NCBI RefSeq assembly: GCF_964188315.1
Contig: NC_135667.1
Location: 13,330,001 to 13,394,000 of the forward strand
Direction: 5' to 3'
DNA: 64,000 nucleotides
Source: Podarcis muralis
Taxonomy: Eukaryota
Below, piece after piece: positions 35,219 to 48,057 of this stretch. The notes beneath the pieces were generated by a model. The model ran no database searches. It saw nothing but the letters and a program-made list of their open reading frames with translations, and was not told where the DNA came from. Position 1 is the first letter of the stretch; every line of letters starts with the position of its first letter. Both the position numbers and the translations under genes were made by a program.

Positions 35219-37365
35219 ATATATCCCATTTCCATATGTAATGATTACTGAAGTTCAGGTTATATAAGAGCTAAAAACGAAGGGAAGGCATTTTGCTACT
35301 ATGATTGCTTTCCATGTCCAGAAGGAAAGATTCCAAACCAAAAAGGTTAGGAATATCATATGTAGATGTGTTCTATTTGACAGTTGCCACCTGTTTAATA
35401 AATGGGTGGATCCCATCAGCGTTTTAAGTGCTTGAACTAATTGCTCTAACATTCACATATGCAAAGGGTTAATGGAAAGACCTGTAGAACTCTGGGATGT
35501 CATATATTCTGTGGCAGTTATGGCAGTTAGTTGAACAGTCTTAACAGTTAGAGCAGCAGGTTTGTTGTGTTGTGCTGCTTTCTGCCTGAGAGTTAGTCAA
35601 TCTGTAACAGTTTAATATATGTAAAACGTATTAGCAATTTAACTATCACCTACCTGCATTGTACATAATATTCTGCAACTGCAAGTATACAAAGTAAAAG
35701 TTATTCATTCTTTAAACAGAGAGTGTCTTGTGTACTTTTCATAAGAGGCAAAAGAGATCTAATAAAATGGTCAAACGATCCAGGGCTCTCTTCTACATAC
35801 GTCACATGAGGTAACTTGGGTGGCTGAACAGAATATCAGATGAATCCAAAGAGGATAAGAATATCAGTGGGTTGGATCAGTTGAAAAAAAAGACTGCAAG
35901 CCCCAGCCGCAAACACACAAATCAATAGACACAGAGGCCTCTGACACCTTCAGCTGCTAGCAGGATGGTTTTGATTTGTTTATATTTCTGGATTTGCTTG
36001 GAACCCATGAGAAAGCAGGCCCTTGATGCTATTGAGCTCAGATTATGCTCAATATGTAGAATTTCCTATTATTCTTACTGCAAAATTAACTTTTGATATT
36101 TCTGTTCCTCATTCAGGAACAGAAAGCCATACTTAAATATATTATATCTATTTTTCATATTTGATTTCAGACATGGATGATTGTTTTCAATGCTCAGAAG
36201 ATCATTATCCAAACATTGGCCAGGATGGATGCCTCCCAAAATACATAAGCTTCCTGACTTACAATGAGCCTCTGGGGATCATTTTAAGCACATTTGCAGT
36301 TTTATTTTCTTTAATCACAACTTTGGGTCTTGGAATATTCATCAAGCACCAAGACACTCCCATAGTAAAAGCTAATAATCGGAACCTCACCTATGTTCTC
36401 CTGTCCTCTCTCCTCCTCTCCTTTCTTTGTGCTTTGCTATTCATTGGCAAACCAGATGAAGTGACATGTCTCCTATGACAAACTACTTTTGGTGCAGTCT
36501 TCTCAGTGGCAGTTTCCTGTGTATTAGCCAAAACCATAATTGTAGTTCTAGTTTTCACAGATATCAAGCCAGGGTCTAGGATGAGGAGATGGGTGGGGAA
36601 ACAACTGGCAACCTTTATCGTTTTTTTCCAGCATCCTTGTTCAGACTGTTTTTATTACTGTGTGGCTGACAACCTGCCCCCCATTCCCAGATGTTGACAT
36701 GCACTCAATCACTGAAGAAATTGTACTAGAATGCAATGAAGGGTCAAATACCATGTTTTACTCTCTTTTGCGCTTCATGGGTTTCCTGGCCATTGCCAGC
36801 TTAACTTTGGCTTTCCTAGCTAGGAAGTTGCCCGATAGTTCTAGCTTTCATGGCTACCAAGCCAGGGTCCAGAATGAGGAGATGGGTGACGTGAAATCTG
36901 GCCATCTCCATTGTTCCTTTCAGCTTCCTCATTCAAATGATGATTTGTAGTGCCTGGCTGATAGTTGCTCCCCCACTCCCTGATTTAGACAACCACTCAG
37001 TGACTAAAGAAATTGTACTGCAATGTAATGAAAGATCAGTCACCATGTTCTACTGTGTCCTAGGCTTCATGGGAATGCTAGCCATTGTCAGTTTCACTGT
37101 GGCTTTCCTAGCTAGGAAGTTACCAGACAGTTTTAATGAAGCCAAGTTCATCACCTTCAGCATGTTGGTCTTTTGCAGTGTGTGGCTGTCCTTTGTTCCT
37201 ACCTAACTGAGTACCAAGGGGAAGTACATGGCGGCTGTGGAGATCATTTCTATTTTGGCCTCTAGTTTTTGGTTACTGGGCTGCATCTTTTCCCCCAAAT
37301 GTTATATCATTTTGCTGAGGCCAGAGTTAAACAGCAGGGGACAGCTTATCATAAGAAAGAATTAA
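35219..37365 (+). pseudogene. V2R pseudogene remnant: exon 5 (35219-35345) plus chimeric exon 6 (36171-37365)
   Basis: IYPISICNDY-stop...[13 protein letters not shown]; exon 6 with stops/frameshifts and an internal jump at ~36838. Confidence 0.88.
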
Positions 37366-38235
37366 AGCATGAACAAGTCTGTTTGACAAAACTGTTCCCC
37401 AAATCCAATAGAGCAGCCCATGTAGCTCTTCTCCCTGGACTTTCCCCTGACAAAGTATTCTGATATCAACAAGGAACACAGACAGCTCTGTGGGCATGAA
37501 CCATAGCAGAGCCATCCTTCCAAGTTCATTCTTCTCTGAATTTGATGTTCTTTCCCCCTCATACTAAAGTTTAAAAAGGAACACTTCTGTACAAATATTT
37601 TAAATTATGAATTAAAAGCTAAGGGTTGCATTTCAGACTACTAAAGATATTGTTGTAAAATGCATCATATTTTATAAGTGATTTAAAAACCATGGAAGCG
37701 TAGTTCCAAGTAACTACTATGTGTAGGGTTGCAGTCATGCCACATGGCTGGTGTGAATCCAGGTCTGCTCATCCTGACTACACCATACTACATTTTGTGA
37801 TCTCTATTGGTTCCAAGGTCTTCTATTATGGACTTCTAACTTCTAACTTCAACAATACATCACTGGTACCTTATTATCTAATGAAAGGAAATTAAAAATC
37901 ACAGTCCTGAATATGTGACAAACACATTTCCTTCAGCAGTTCCACAAGGAATCCCTATCACTGAATACCTACATTCCTCCTTGGTTATTAACAGAGCTAT
38001 AATTAAAACTGCTGCTCCTCAAAAAAAATCCCTCTGTATTTTCACTGGCAACTGGCAACATAACACAAAGGATAGTGCAACATAACCAGAATTACTTAAA
38101 TAGTGTCTGGGATACTCCCAGATTGCATCCTCTCAGGAAACTCAAATGAGACATTTTTTATCTTGGAGAAGCTGATTATACTATTGCCAGAGAAATCATG
38201 GTTTCTGTGTAGAAGAAACAGTTGCCCTTGCATGG

Positions 38236-41200
38236 ATGGTGGTTTTAGTGGTCTTGCTGCTGAAACTGATTTCTTACAATGCATGTCAGGCTCACATAGG
38301 AAAATGCAGGCTTCAAAGTCCACACCGTCCACTTCAAACGTACCATCAGCCAGGAGAGTTCCTCATTGGTGGTATTGTTCTCCATGGTGGCTTCATCTCC
38401 TCTGCAGCAACATTCACTGAGGAACCCCCACCAGCGCCGCCTGAAGATCTTGTGTAAGAACTAAGCCACTCATTCATTACAGCAGAGGAACGATCAAACC
38501 TAGAGTTGTGACCTCAGCATAATGAATGCAAACTTCTACCCATTTACCTAGGGATAACCACTTTTGATTTCAGTGGGACATATGCTGATGTAAAAATACG
38601 TTGGAATGTCTTCTGAATTAAGAGAATACTCTATAAGTTCCCATTTCTCAATAGGGAAATGAATATAAATGTATTGAAATGTATATGTATATATATATAT
38701 TCGCCCTTTTGAACAACCGATTTTGATAGACTTTATCTGAGCAGGAGTGTTAGTGAGAATGAATTAAAAAATTTTTTTACAGAAACTGATTGCTCTTATT
38801 GTTTCATTTCCTGATCTTAGGTAAAGTTTGTTTCACAATGACAGCATATACAGTGGTACCTTGGGTTAAGTACTTAATTCGTTCTGGAGTTCCGTTCTTA
38901 ACCTGAAACTGTTCTTAAACTGAAGCACCACTTTAGCTAATGGGGCATCTTGCTGCCGCCGCACCGCCAGAGCATGATTTCTGTTCTCACCTTGAAGCAA
39001 AATTCTTAACCCGAGGTACTATTTCTGGGTTAGCGGAGTCTGTGACCTGAAGCGTATGTAACCTGAAGCTTATGTAACCTGAGGTACCACTGTAATATGA
39101 AGTATAGAATCATGTGAATTACAGCCACCATCTCTGCATCATGAATAAGGAAGGGGTCGTTGCAGGAGAAAGCTCAGACATTTTGTAAATGTCAGGAAAA
39201 GACTTCAGATGTTTCAGGGAAAGACCCCAGGGGTTCCAATGTTCCTATGGGCACCAAATTAGCAACCCCTGGTATAGATACCATTGGTCTTAACAGGCCT
39301 TAACTGAGGCAAAACTAACAAAATGAATTTCAGTAGGGACAAATGTCAGGTTCTGCACTTAGGCAGGAAAAACCAGCTGTACAAATATAAGATGGGGAAC
39401 ACCTGGTTTGCCAGTGCTATGTGTGAAAAGTCTGCATCAACAGAAGTATAGCACCCCAATAAAAAAAACAACAGAAGAGCTCTCTTCTGCGCTGCACAGA
39501 ACACACCTGGTATATTGTGTTCAGTTGTGTTCAGCACAATTTCAGAAGGATACTGACAAGCTACAACATGTGCAGAAGGGGTTGACACATATGATCAAGG
39601 GTCTGGAAGCCAAACCTTATGAGGAAAAGTTGAGGGGGTTTGGTATGTTTAGCTATGAAAAGAGGAGACTGAGGGGATATAGGATAGCCATTTTCAAATA
39701 TCTCAAGGGCTGTCACCAGGAAGATGGAGCAAACTTGTTTTCTCTTGCTCCAGAGGGTAGGACCTGAACCAATGGATTCCAGTTGCAAGAAAGGAGATTC
39801 TGTGTAAACATGAGGAAGAACTTGCTGATTATAAGAACTGTTCAGCAGTGGAATGGACAGGGAGTACTATTGTTAATCATATCTGTTCCTTCTGATACTG
39901 TTTGCAAATCTCATCCTAGGGTGGTGCCTAAGCTTTACCAGCACATTGTGGCCTTGGCATTTGCAGTCAAGGAGATCAATGAAGACCCTCAAATCTTACC
40001 CAATATCACCTTGGGCTTCCACTTATATGACAGCTATAAGAATGCAAGGAGCACATATCTCGCCATACTGCTGCTTTTATCCAGGGTGGAGAAATTTGTC
40101 CCAAACTATATATGTGATGTTGAAAATAATCTGGCTGGGGTCATTGGGGGACTTGATTCTGAAATCTCCTTTTATGTGGCAACAGTTTTGGATATCTATA
40201 AGATTCCACAGGTAAGACACCCATGCACGATACCTCTCTAAGCTTGCATTGAGAATGAGGCTGAATTCACAGCACCAGTTCAGAGTGTATCACCAGTTCA
40301 GGGCGAGGATGAAATTGGGGGCAGAACCATGCACACCACCCTCACCAGCCATTTTTGGATTTCCAGCATTTCCTGCTTGATGAGAAGGGTATCTGAATTG
40401 AGTTGCAGGGGAAGCGGGGAAATTCCTTATAGGATAAAAATTCACAAGTATTTCCAAGTACAATAATTATTTGCCTTCACCACACCACACCACACCCAAT
40501 ATGTGAATGTTTAGGTGGAAAGGGGTTTCAAATTAAACACACTCTGGAGTTATGGCAAATTACAGATACAGTTCAGTTCTGCATGAGAACAGCAATAGTA
40601 TTGAGCAGCTGGTTCCAAAGTGAAATAAATGTTCATAGATGAAGTCTAAGAAGTCTTGAAAAAGAAAAGGCAGAAATGGCAGTTCTGCTATGTGTTGGGG
40701 CATGTGCTTTGTGAAGACAAAAGACGCTCCAGAGAAGAAATGTGCATCTGACCAATTCTGATGTGGTTGCAGTAAATAATGTCTAACACAGTGTTAGGCA
40801 ATCCTTTGTTTAGGACATTGTGTGTCCCTCCATTCAGTTTAACCCTGCCAAATTGGGAAACATTTTTTGAAAAAAGAATATAGTAGGGAAAATGCCCCTC
40901 TCTGGTCAACAGAACAAATGTTTAACAAGCAGGAATGGGAGATGACCTCAGTTTTCAGCCCATCTGCATGTGTGTCTTTTGTATAAATGAGAAAGGGCAT
41001 GCAACCCCTGGTGGGTGGCAAAGGGCATGTCTGACTGACAGGATTCACCAGAAAATGTATATTAATATTTTGAAAGAACTATGCAAATATTACTTTGCCT
41101 CTTCTCTTCCTCCATTCCCTCTTTAGCTCATTTATGGCTCTGCTCCAGTGATGAATGATAAAAGCCCAGGGCTTCCCTTCTACCAGATGGCACCCTCAGA

Positions 41201-44200
41201 AGCCCTTCAGTATGAGGGAATTCTCTCTTTGCTTCTGCATTTCAGGTGGACGTGGATTGGAGTCATTGCAATGGACAATGAAAATGGAGAAAGATTTGTG
41301 CAAACTATTTCCCCAGTGTTTACCAAGAGTGGTGTCTGCTTTGCATTCATAGAAAGAATCCCCAATTTTAGTTTTATATCTGAAATGTATGGCTTGCTAC
41401 AACAAGCAGCCAATATACAAGATCAAATTTTTAGCAGCAAAGCTAATGTAGTGGTTGCCTCTGGAGAATCTTATTCCATGGCAATTTTTAGATGGCTTTC
41501 ATACCTATCAGAACATGATAACATGACCAAGAATGTAAAAAGTAAAGTATGGATAACAACTGCCCAGGTTGAGTTCGCTTCATTCATCTTTCAAAGGTAC
41601 TGGGGTTCAGAAATATTCAGTGGCGCTATAGCCTTTGAAATTCACTTTAGAAACCCACCAGGATTTCATCAGTATGTTCTGCACAGAAACCCTTCCAGCA
41701 CAGATGGGGACGGTTTTATCAGGAACTTCTGGCAACAGGCCTTTGAATGTGTACTCCCAGATATCACTGCAGACAAAGTGGAGGGGAATATTTGCACTGG
41801 AGAAGAGAAGCTGGAGAACCTTCCTGGATCTCTTTTTGAAATGAGCATGACAGGCCACAGTTACAGCATCCACAGTGCTGTCTATGCCATGGCCCATGCC
41901 TTACATGCCATGTCCACATCCAGACTCAGACACAGAGGAATTGCATATGGAGGGAGAGGGAAGAATCCGAATCAAGAGTTTTGGCAGGTAAAGGCTGAAC
42001 ATCTTCAAATGGGAAAGGCCTGTTTCTTCTTGGCACTGTATGGGTTCTGAAAATGCTATCAGTTTGCTCTTTCCTCTCAGAGTTCAAACATTGTATGTGG
42101 AAGAAGAACCCAGAACTGAATTTATAATTCAGCAGACAGAGTAGGAGGTGGTTTCTGCTTTCAAATGGCAGTAGACTCTATAGGGAAGGGAAATGATAGT
42201 TGTGTCCTTCTTTGAGCAGTTATTGCCCCATGCTTGAGGAGAAAGTTTTTGTCATGATGGAAGCTTTGCAACCCAATAAGATCTCATGCCATTCATAGAT
42301 AGGAAGCAGTGGTAATGGTTGAGAGAGATGTTCAGCACTCCCTCTATCCCATATCAACCAAATCCTTTCTTAGAGCCGGTGGTCACAAACCACTGCCGTG
42401 TCTTCTGAGATGCTCAGGGAGGGAGGGATGGAGAGTGAGTGAGCGAGAGAGAGATCTTGCTGCTTAAACATATTTAATTTGTGGACAATCGGAGAAAGAA
42501 GGATTGTAAGGAAGATTGAGAGAGAAGCATGTGTGTGAAAGAAAATTGGCTGACTCTCTCCATGCTTGGGCCTGTATCCACTGACAATTGACTAAATCAC
42601 CCCCACCATTTGCTGCAGGTTCTTCCCAGAGAAAAAAAGTGCTCCTCCCTGCATAAGACTTCAGTCTTTTCTTTAAAAAAAATAAAATTAAATTTTTTAT
42701 TGTTAAAATAATTCAACATTAATACACATACAAACATACATTTCATACAACATACCTACATACATACAACATACCTACAACATACCTACACTCAATCCCA
42801 CAGGTAATTCCCATCACCATCCACCACCCCTCACCCTTTGTGTTAGACTTCCAATCTACTCATTTGCAATTTCTTTCCACTTCTATTACTTTCTTTCACA
42901 CACCTTTAACCTAATTTCATACTTCTTTTTCTATTACACATTGTTATCCATCTTATTTAGTATTTCAATATTTGAAACAAAACTTGTTTATTCTAATAGG
43001 AGTTCTGATTTTTCGATATAGTTTTGCAAGTATCTTTTAAACACCTTCCAGTCCCTGTCTGCCTTCTCTTTTGAGATCCTTCCAATTTCTCCCATTGTTT
43101 TGGATATATTGTAGTACTCCAATAATTTGGCAAGCCACTCTATCTTTGTTTGTACAGTACCACTTTTCCAATTCTTCGCAATCAATAGCCTTGCGGCTAC
43201 TGTTGCATATAAATATAAAGTCAAAGTGCATAAAGGCTTCCTAGGGCATATAGTCAGAAAGTCTATATATAAAATATGGTAGAAATATAAAAGATTCCTA
43301 GAACCGAAAACTCCGTGGTGGACATCACCAGCAGAAATTGTTGCAGTGAAAAAATTAAATATGAAAGAAAACTGGGCTACCTATAAAATGGTATTAAAGG
43401 AAGAAAACAGAGAATTGGAATTAAAGGATTATACAGAAATTAAAGCTCATATTAGTGATTGGTTTCAATATATTCAAATTAAGTACAGATTAGTGAAAGA
43501 CAAAAAGTTAGGATTTGAAAAAGAAATATCAAAATTTGATAAATACTTAATACAAGAAAAATCAAAAAATATATCTAAATTGTATAATCTGATCTTAGAG
43601 TGGGAAACAAAGGATGAATTGGTTAAAGCATCAATGATCAAATGGGCGCAAGATATTGGGGAAAATATTATGTTTGAACAATGGGAAAAATTGTGGATGG
43701 AAGATATGAAATTCACTATGTGTTATATATTGAAAGAAAATTATCTCAAAATGCAACACAGATGGTATTTAACACCTGAAAGAATAGCAAAAATGAATAA
43801 AAATTGTAGCGATGTCTGCTGGCGATGCAACACTGGAAAAGGTACTATGATACATATATGGGGGAATTGTTTAAACATCAAACAATTTTCGGAAACAGTA
43901 TATAACGAAATGAAAAAAATGTTCAGATATTCATTTAGGAAAACACCAGAAGGTTTTTTATTGGGAATAGTACCAGGAAGCCTAAAGGAAGAAGACAAGA
44001 CCTTATATTTATAGACTGCAGTCTTTTCTAAACCCCTTTCTTTTCTGCTTTCAATCTAGCTCCATCACTTTCTGAGAAGCATCTCATTTAACAATACTGC
44101 AGGAGATGTGGTCTTCATCAACCAGAATGGAGAGGCAGCATCTAGCTTGGATATTATGAATTGCATTATATTCGCCAACCAAAGTTTGCACCGAGTGAGA

Positions 44201-47200
44201 GTTGGGAGGATAGATCCACAAGCTCCTCCAGACCAATCATTACTCCTTGATGAAGATGCCATCACATGGCACAGTTGGTTTAACCAGGTAGGGTTGCATT
44301 GTTTTCTAATTCAAAAGAGATTCAGTATTGAATAAGCAATCATTATTCACCTGCAAGTCTACTCACTGTTTTTTGAGCCACAAATTGAGGAGTGGTGTAT
44401 GACCAAAGCACTGATGTATCAGATTAAGAGCCAAAATCTTACTGCTAGAAGCCACACATGGATTAAAAGCAAATATTTTATTAAGGAGGCTACAAAAAGA
44501 GAAGGACCCTTTTACTACAAAACACAGTTAAGCAAGGCTAACAGTGTAAATATGCCTTATAACAAAAACTAGATTATCTCACCCTAATCCCACCCATTCA
44601 CAGACCCCACTACAAGTGCATCCATGCAAATGTGGTTTTTGCATCACACAATTTATCATCTGAATGTGGGTAATTAGGAACAGGTCAAATACCAGTTTTT
44701 CTTTGAAAGGGCGTTGATACAGAAGGACAGGTTTTCTTCCAGTAAAATGAAGCCTCTGGGTGCATTTCCCCAGCACAAGTGGGTATACATGCTCAGAGAC
44801 CATGAAGCTACAAAGTGGATTTGGAACACTTCCCCAGGAAGCATCTGATGGGTCCAAGAATAGATGTACCTACTGGCACCAAAATCAGTTCTAGAGCTGT
44901 GTACCTAGTGGGCTACATACTCAAAATCAGCAATTATAACAAAATTAACAGGGTAACTTCAAAGTGTACCTTATGGACAGAGCAATTTTTGCAGAACAGA
45001 TGCACACCCCAGAACAATATAGAGGGAACATCACATAATTTCAAACATTACTACTAATAATAAGAAAATAATAAACCATTACATATTACTGAAATGCTGT
45101 GTCAGCTTAGTAACACAGAGAAAGGACCGAGAACATAAAGGGTTCCAAATTCATTAGTGTCTTGATGAAACTTCTGCTCTTTCATTTATGGATTAGATTC
45201 AGCCTCTTTCTGTCTGTACTAAGAGATGTATTCCAGGATCCAGCAAGAAAGTGAAGGAGGGACAGCCACCTTGCTGCTACGATTGCATCCCATGTGCTGA
45301 GGGGAAGATTGCAAACCAGGATGGTAAGAGAAATAAATAGATTAGTACTTAGCATTGAAAAGTGCTGTAAGGACGACTGAGTTTGTTTCAAAAGAGATGA
45401 TCTACTGTGAGAAGAAGATGTTGTTGTTGTTTAGTCGTTTAGTCGTGTCCGACTCTTCGTGACCCCATGGACCAGAGCACGTCAGGCACTTCTGTCTTCC
45501 ACTGCCTCCCGCAGTTTGGTCAAACTCATGCTGGTAGCTTCGAGAACACTATCCAACCATCTGTCTCCCCCTTCTCCTTGTGCCCTCCATTTTTCCCAAC
45601 ATCAGGGTCTTTTCTAGAGAGTCTTCTCTTCTCATGAGGTGGTCAAAGTATTGGAGCCTCAGCTTCATGATCTGTCCTTCCAGTGAGCACGCAGGGCTGA
45701 TTTCCTTAAGAATGGATAGGTTTGTTCTTCTTGCAGTCCATGGGACTCTCAAGAGCCATAATTCAAAAACATCAATTCTTTGGCGATCAGCCTTCTTTGT
45801 GGTCCAGCTCTCACTTCCATACATCACTACTGGGAAAACCATAGCTTTTACTATAAGAAGAAGATAGATAAATTTTATTCGCATTAGCCAACAGCCATAG
45901 CATCATAAAAGAAAGAATGATGTGGCCGCAGATGGGAGGCCTGGGATGGTAAGTAAGAGTGGGGTGATGATCTCATTCCTCAGATCTTTATAAAGGGGAC
46001 AGGACAGGAGAACATGAGCCACTGTTTCCAGATTGCCATCTCCACAGAGGCAGAGTCATTTCTCAGTTGTTTGTGTGATCCTGACTCTTTGTGGTCATTG
46101 CCCTTCAGATAGTCTAAATATGTTAATCTAATGAGAATGACTCTGCATTGAGAGTAGCAAGGTGGTATGTGGTTCAAATCATATCTAGAAGGGGCTTTTC
46201 ATTCCTCTTGACTTACACAGGCTACACCCAGGCTAGTGTAATGATATGTTCCAAAATCATGAGGAGGAATGGCCCTGGCTCTGCAATTTACAGACCAATA
46301 GCTCTGAACCGATTAAATGCAACAATACCACGTTACAGAGCATCAGACAGTATTAAACGTGTTTTAATTTGAGCAGAGCTCTTTTCTTCTCAGACAGAAA
46401 GTCAACATTTCAGGAAGCTGATGTGATATGAAGGTCATTTCCTTATTTTTTTCCCAGATATGAATGACTGTCATAAATGCCCAGACAAGGAATATCCGAG
46501 CAAGAACCGCGATGGATGTCTATCTAAGGATATCAGCTTCTTGTCTTATGAAGAACCTTTGGGTATCAGTTTAGCCTGTTTCTCTCTTTCCCTTTCCTTG
46601 ATCACAGCTCTGGTACTAGGTACATTTATAAAACACCATGACACACCCATTGTCATTGCAAACAACCGAAACCTCACCTACGCTCTCCTCATCTCTCTCC
46701 TGCTCTGCTTCCTTTGTGCATTGCTTTTCATTGGCCGACCTGAGAAGGTGACGTGCCTCCTCCGACAAACAGCTTTTGGCATCATCTTCTCAACTGCTGT
46801 TTCATGCGTCCTGGCAAAAACCATCATGGTGGTTTTGGCCTTCATGGCTACAAAACCAGAATCCAGGATGAGGAAATGGGTGGGGAAAGGACTAGGCCAC
46901 TCCATTCTCCTTTCCTGCTCCATAGTCCAAGCAGGGATATGTACTGTGTGGCTGGCAACCTCTCCCCCATACCCAGATGTGGACATGCACTCTGTGATGG
47001 AAGAAATTATACTAGAATGTAATGAGGGGAGTGTGGCCATGTTTTACTGTGTCCTCATCTACATGAGCTGCCTGGCAACTGTGAGTTTTGCTGTGGCTTT
47101 CCTTGCCAGGAAGTTACCAGACAGTTTCAACGAAGCCAAGTTTATCACTTTCAGCATGTTAGTATTCTGCAGTGTTTGGCTGTCTTTTATTCCTTCCTAC

Positions 47201-47359
47201 CTGAGCACCAAGGGAAAATATATGGTAGCTGTGGAGATCTTCTCCATCTTAGCCTCCGGTGGTGGTTTGCTGGGCTGCATCTTTTCCCCCAAATGTTACA
47301 TTATCATTCTTAGGCCTGAGCTGAACAATAGAGAGCAGCTAATAAGGAAGAAAAAGTAA
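38236..47359 (+). CDS. V2R gene C, complete, 875 aa (exons 38236-38453, 39920-40211, 41127-41987, 44060-44287, 45197-45323, 46458-47359)
   Basis: Canonical splice sites, same exon sizes as gene B, open frames. Confidence 0.93.
38851..39092. mobile_element. Tc1/mariner-type MITE, intron 1 of gene C
   Basis: TA-flanked TIRs; same site in genes D and E, absent in B. Confidence 0.9.
39303..39862 (+). mobile_element. Old CR1 3' fragment, intron 1 of gene C
   Basis: Paralogous to 27650-28203. Confidence 0.85.
42673..44012 (-). mobile_element. L1-clade LINE with 5' inversion, intron 3 of gene C
   Basis: 17-bp TSD agact(t/g)cagtcttttct (42656-42672, 44013-44029); ORF2 end on minus (42988-43224), adjacent upstream ORF2 part on plus (43226-44012). 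Confidence 0.9.
45420..45855 (-). mobile_element. BovB 3' fragment (paralogous copy)
   Basis: Same site as 32457-32917. Confidence 0.9.
45856..46070 (-). mobile_element. CCHC LINE fragment (paralogous copy, internally deleted at ataaaa microhomology)
   Basis: Aligns to 32918-33283 minus ~200 bp. Confidence 0.7.
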
Positions 47360-48057
47360 ATAAATAATAACCTGTCCTTTGCTGTACCTTGTGCTTTTTT
47401 CTTTGTGTCCAGTTGAATATTTGCAAACACTTGCTCAGCAGCTGCCTTACATAATTTTTTCCTAGTTTTTTTCCTAGATTTTTTCCTAGATTTTTTTCCT
47501 AGATTTTTTTCCTAGATTTTTTTCCTAGATTTTTTTCCTAGATGTTTTTTCTAGATTTTCCTTGTGGTGATTGATGTTAGGCAATCATAGATATTGACTA
47601 TTGAATTCACTCTGGAAAAAAGAGTGAACAGGGCCATTTTCTGTGTTGGGGAACCAAGAAGCTGTCAGCTCCCGGGAATCCTGACAAAGTTAAGGGACTT
47701 ATGTGTAGAAGAACCATCATCCTGCCTCATTTTGGGATATATTGAATAATTCCTCAATGTTCAAAAAGCCACATTGTCTCCTGATTTTGAAGTGGATGTT
47801 AGAATGCTGAAGACAAACGTACAGAATTCAACGGACACTGTCATAATGTCTATTTTGTCTCTTCATTTCTTAATGTGGGTGAAGGATTCCAGTTATAGAG
47901 AAGTTCACCACATAAATATGATGTACACTCAAGAATTCATATTATTTCCATATGACAGTATCAATCCATTCCTTCACTGCAGAGAAATAAATATGAAATA
48001 AAAGCTCCACAACTTATGTTTGGATTGTATAAAAACTACTTTATCACTTACTAACAG

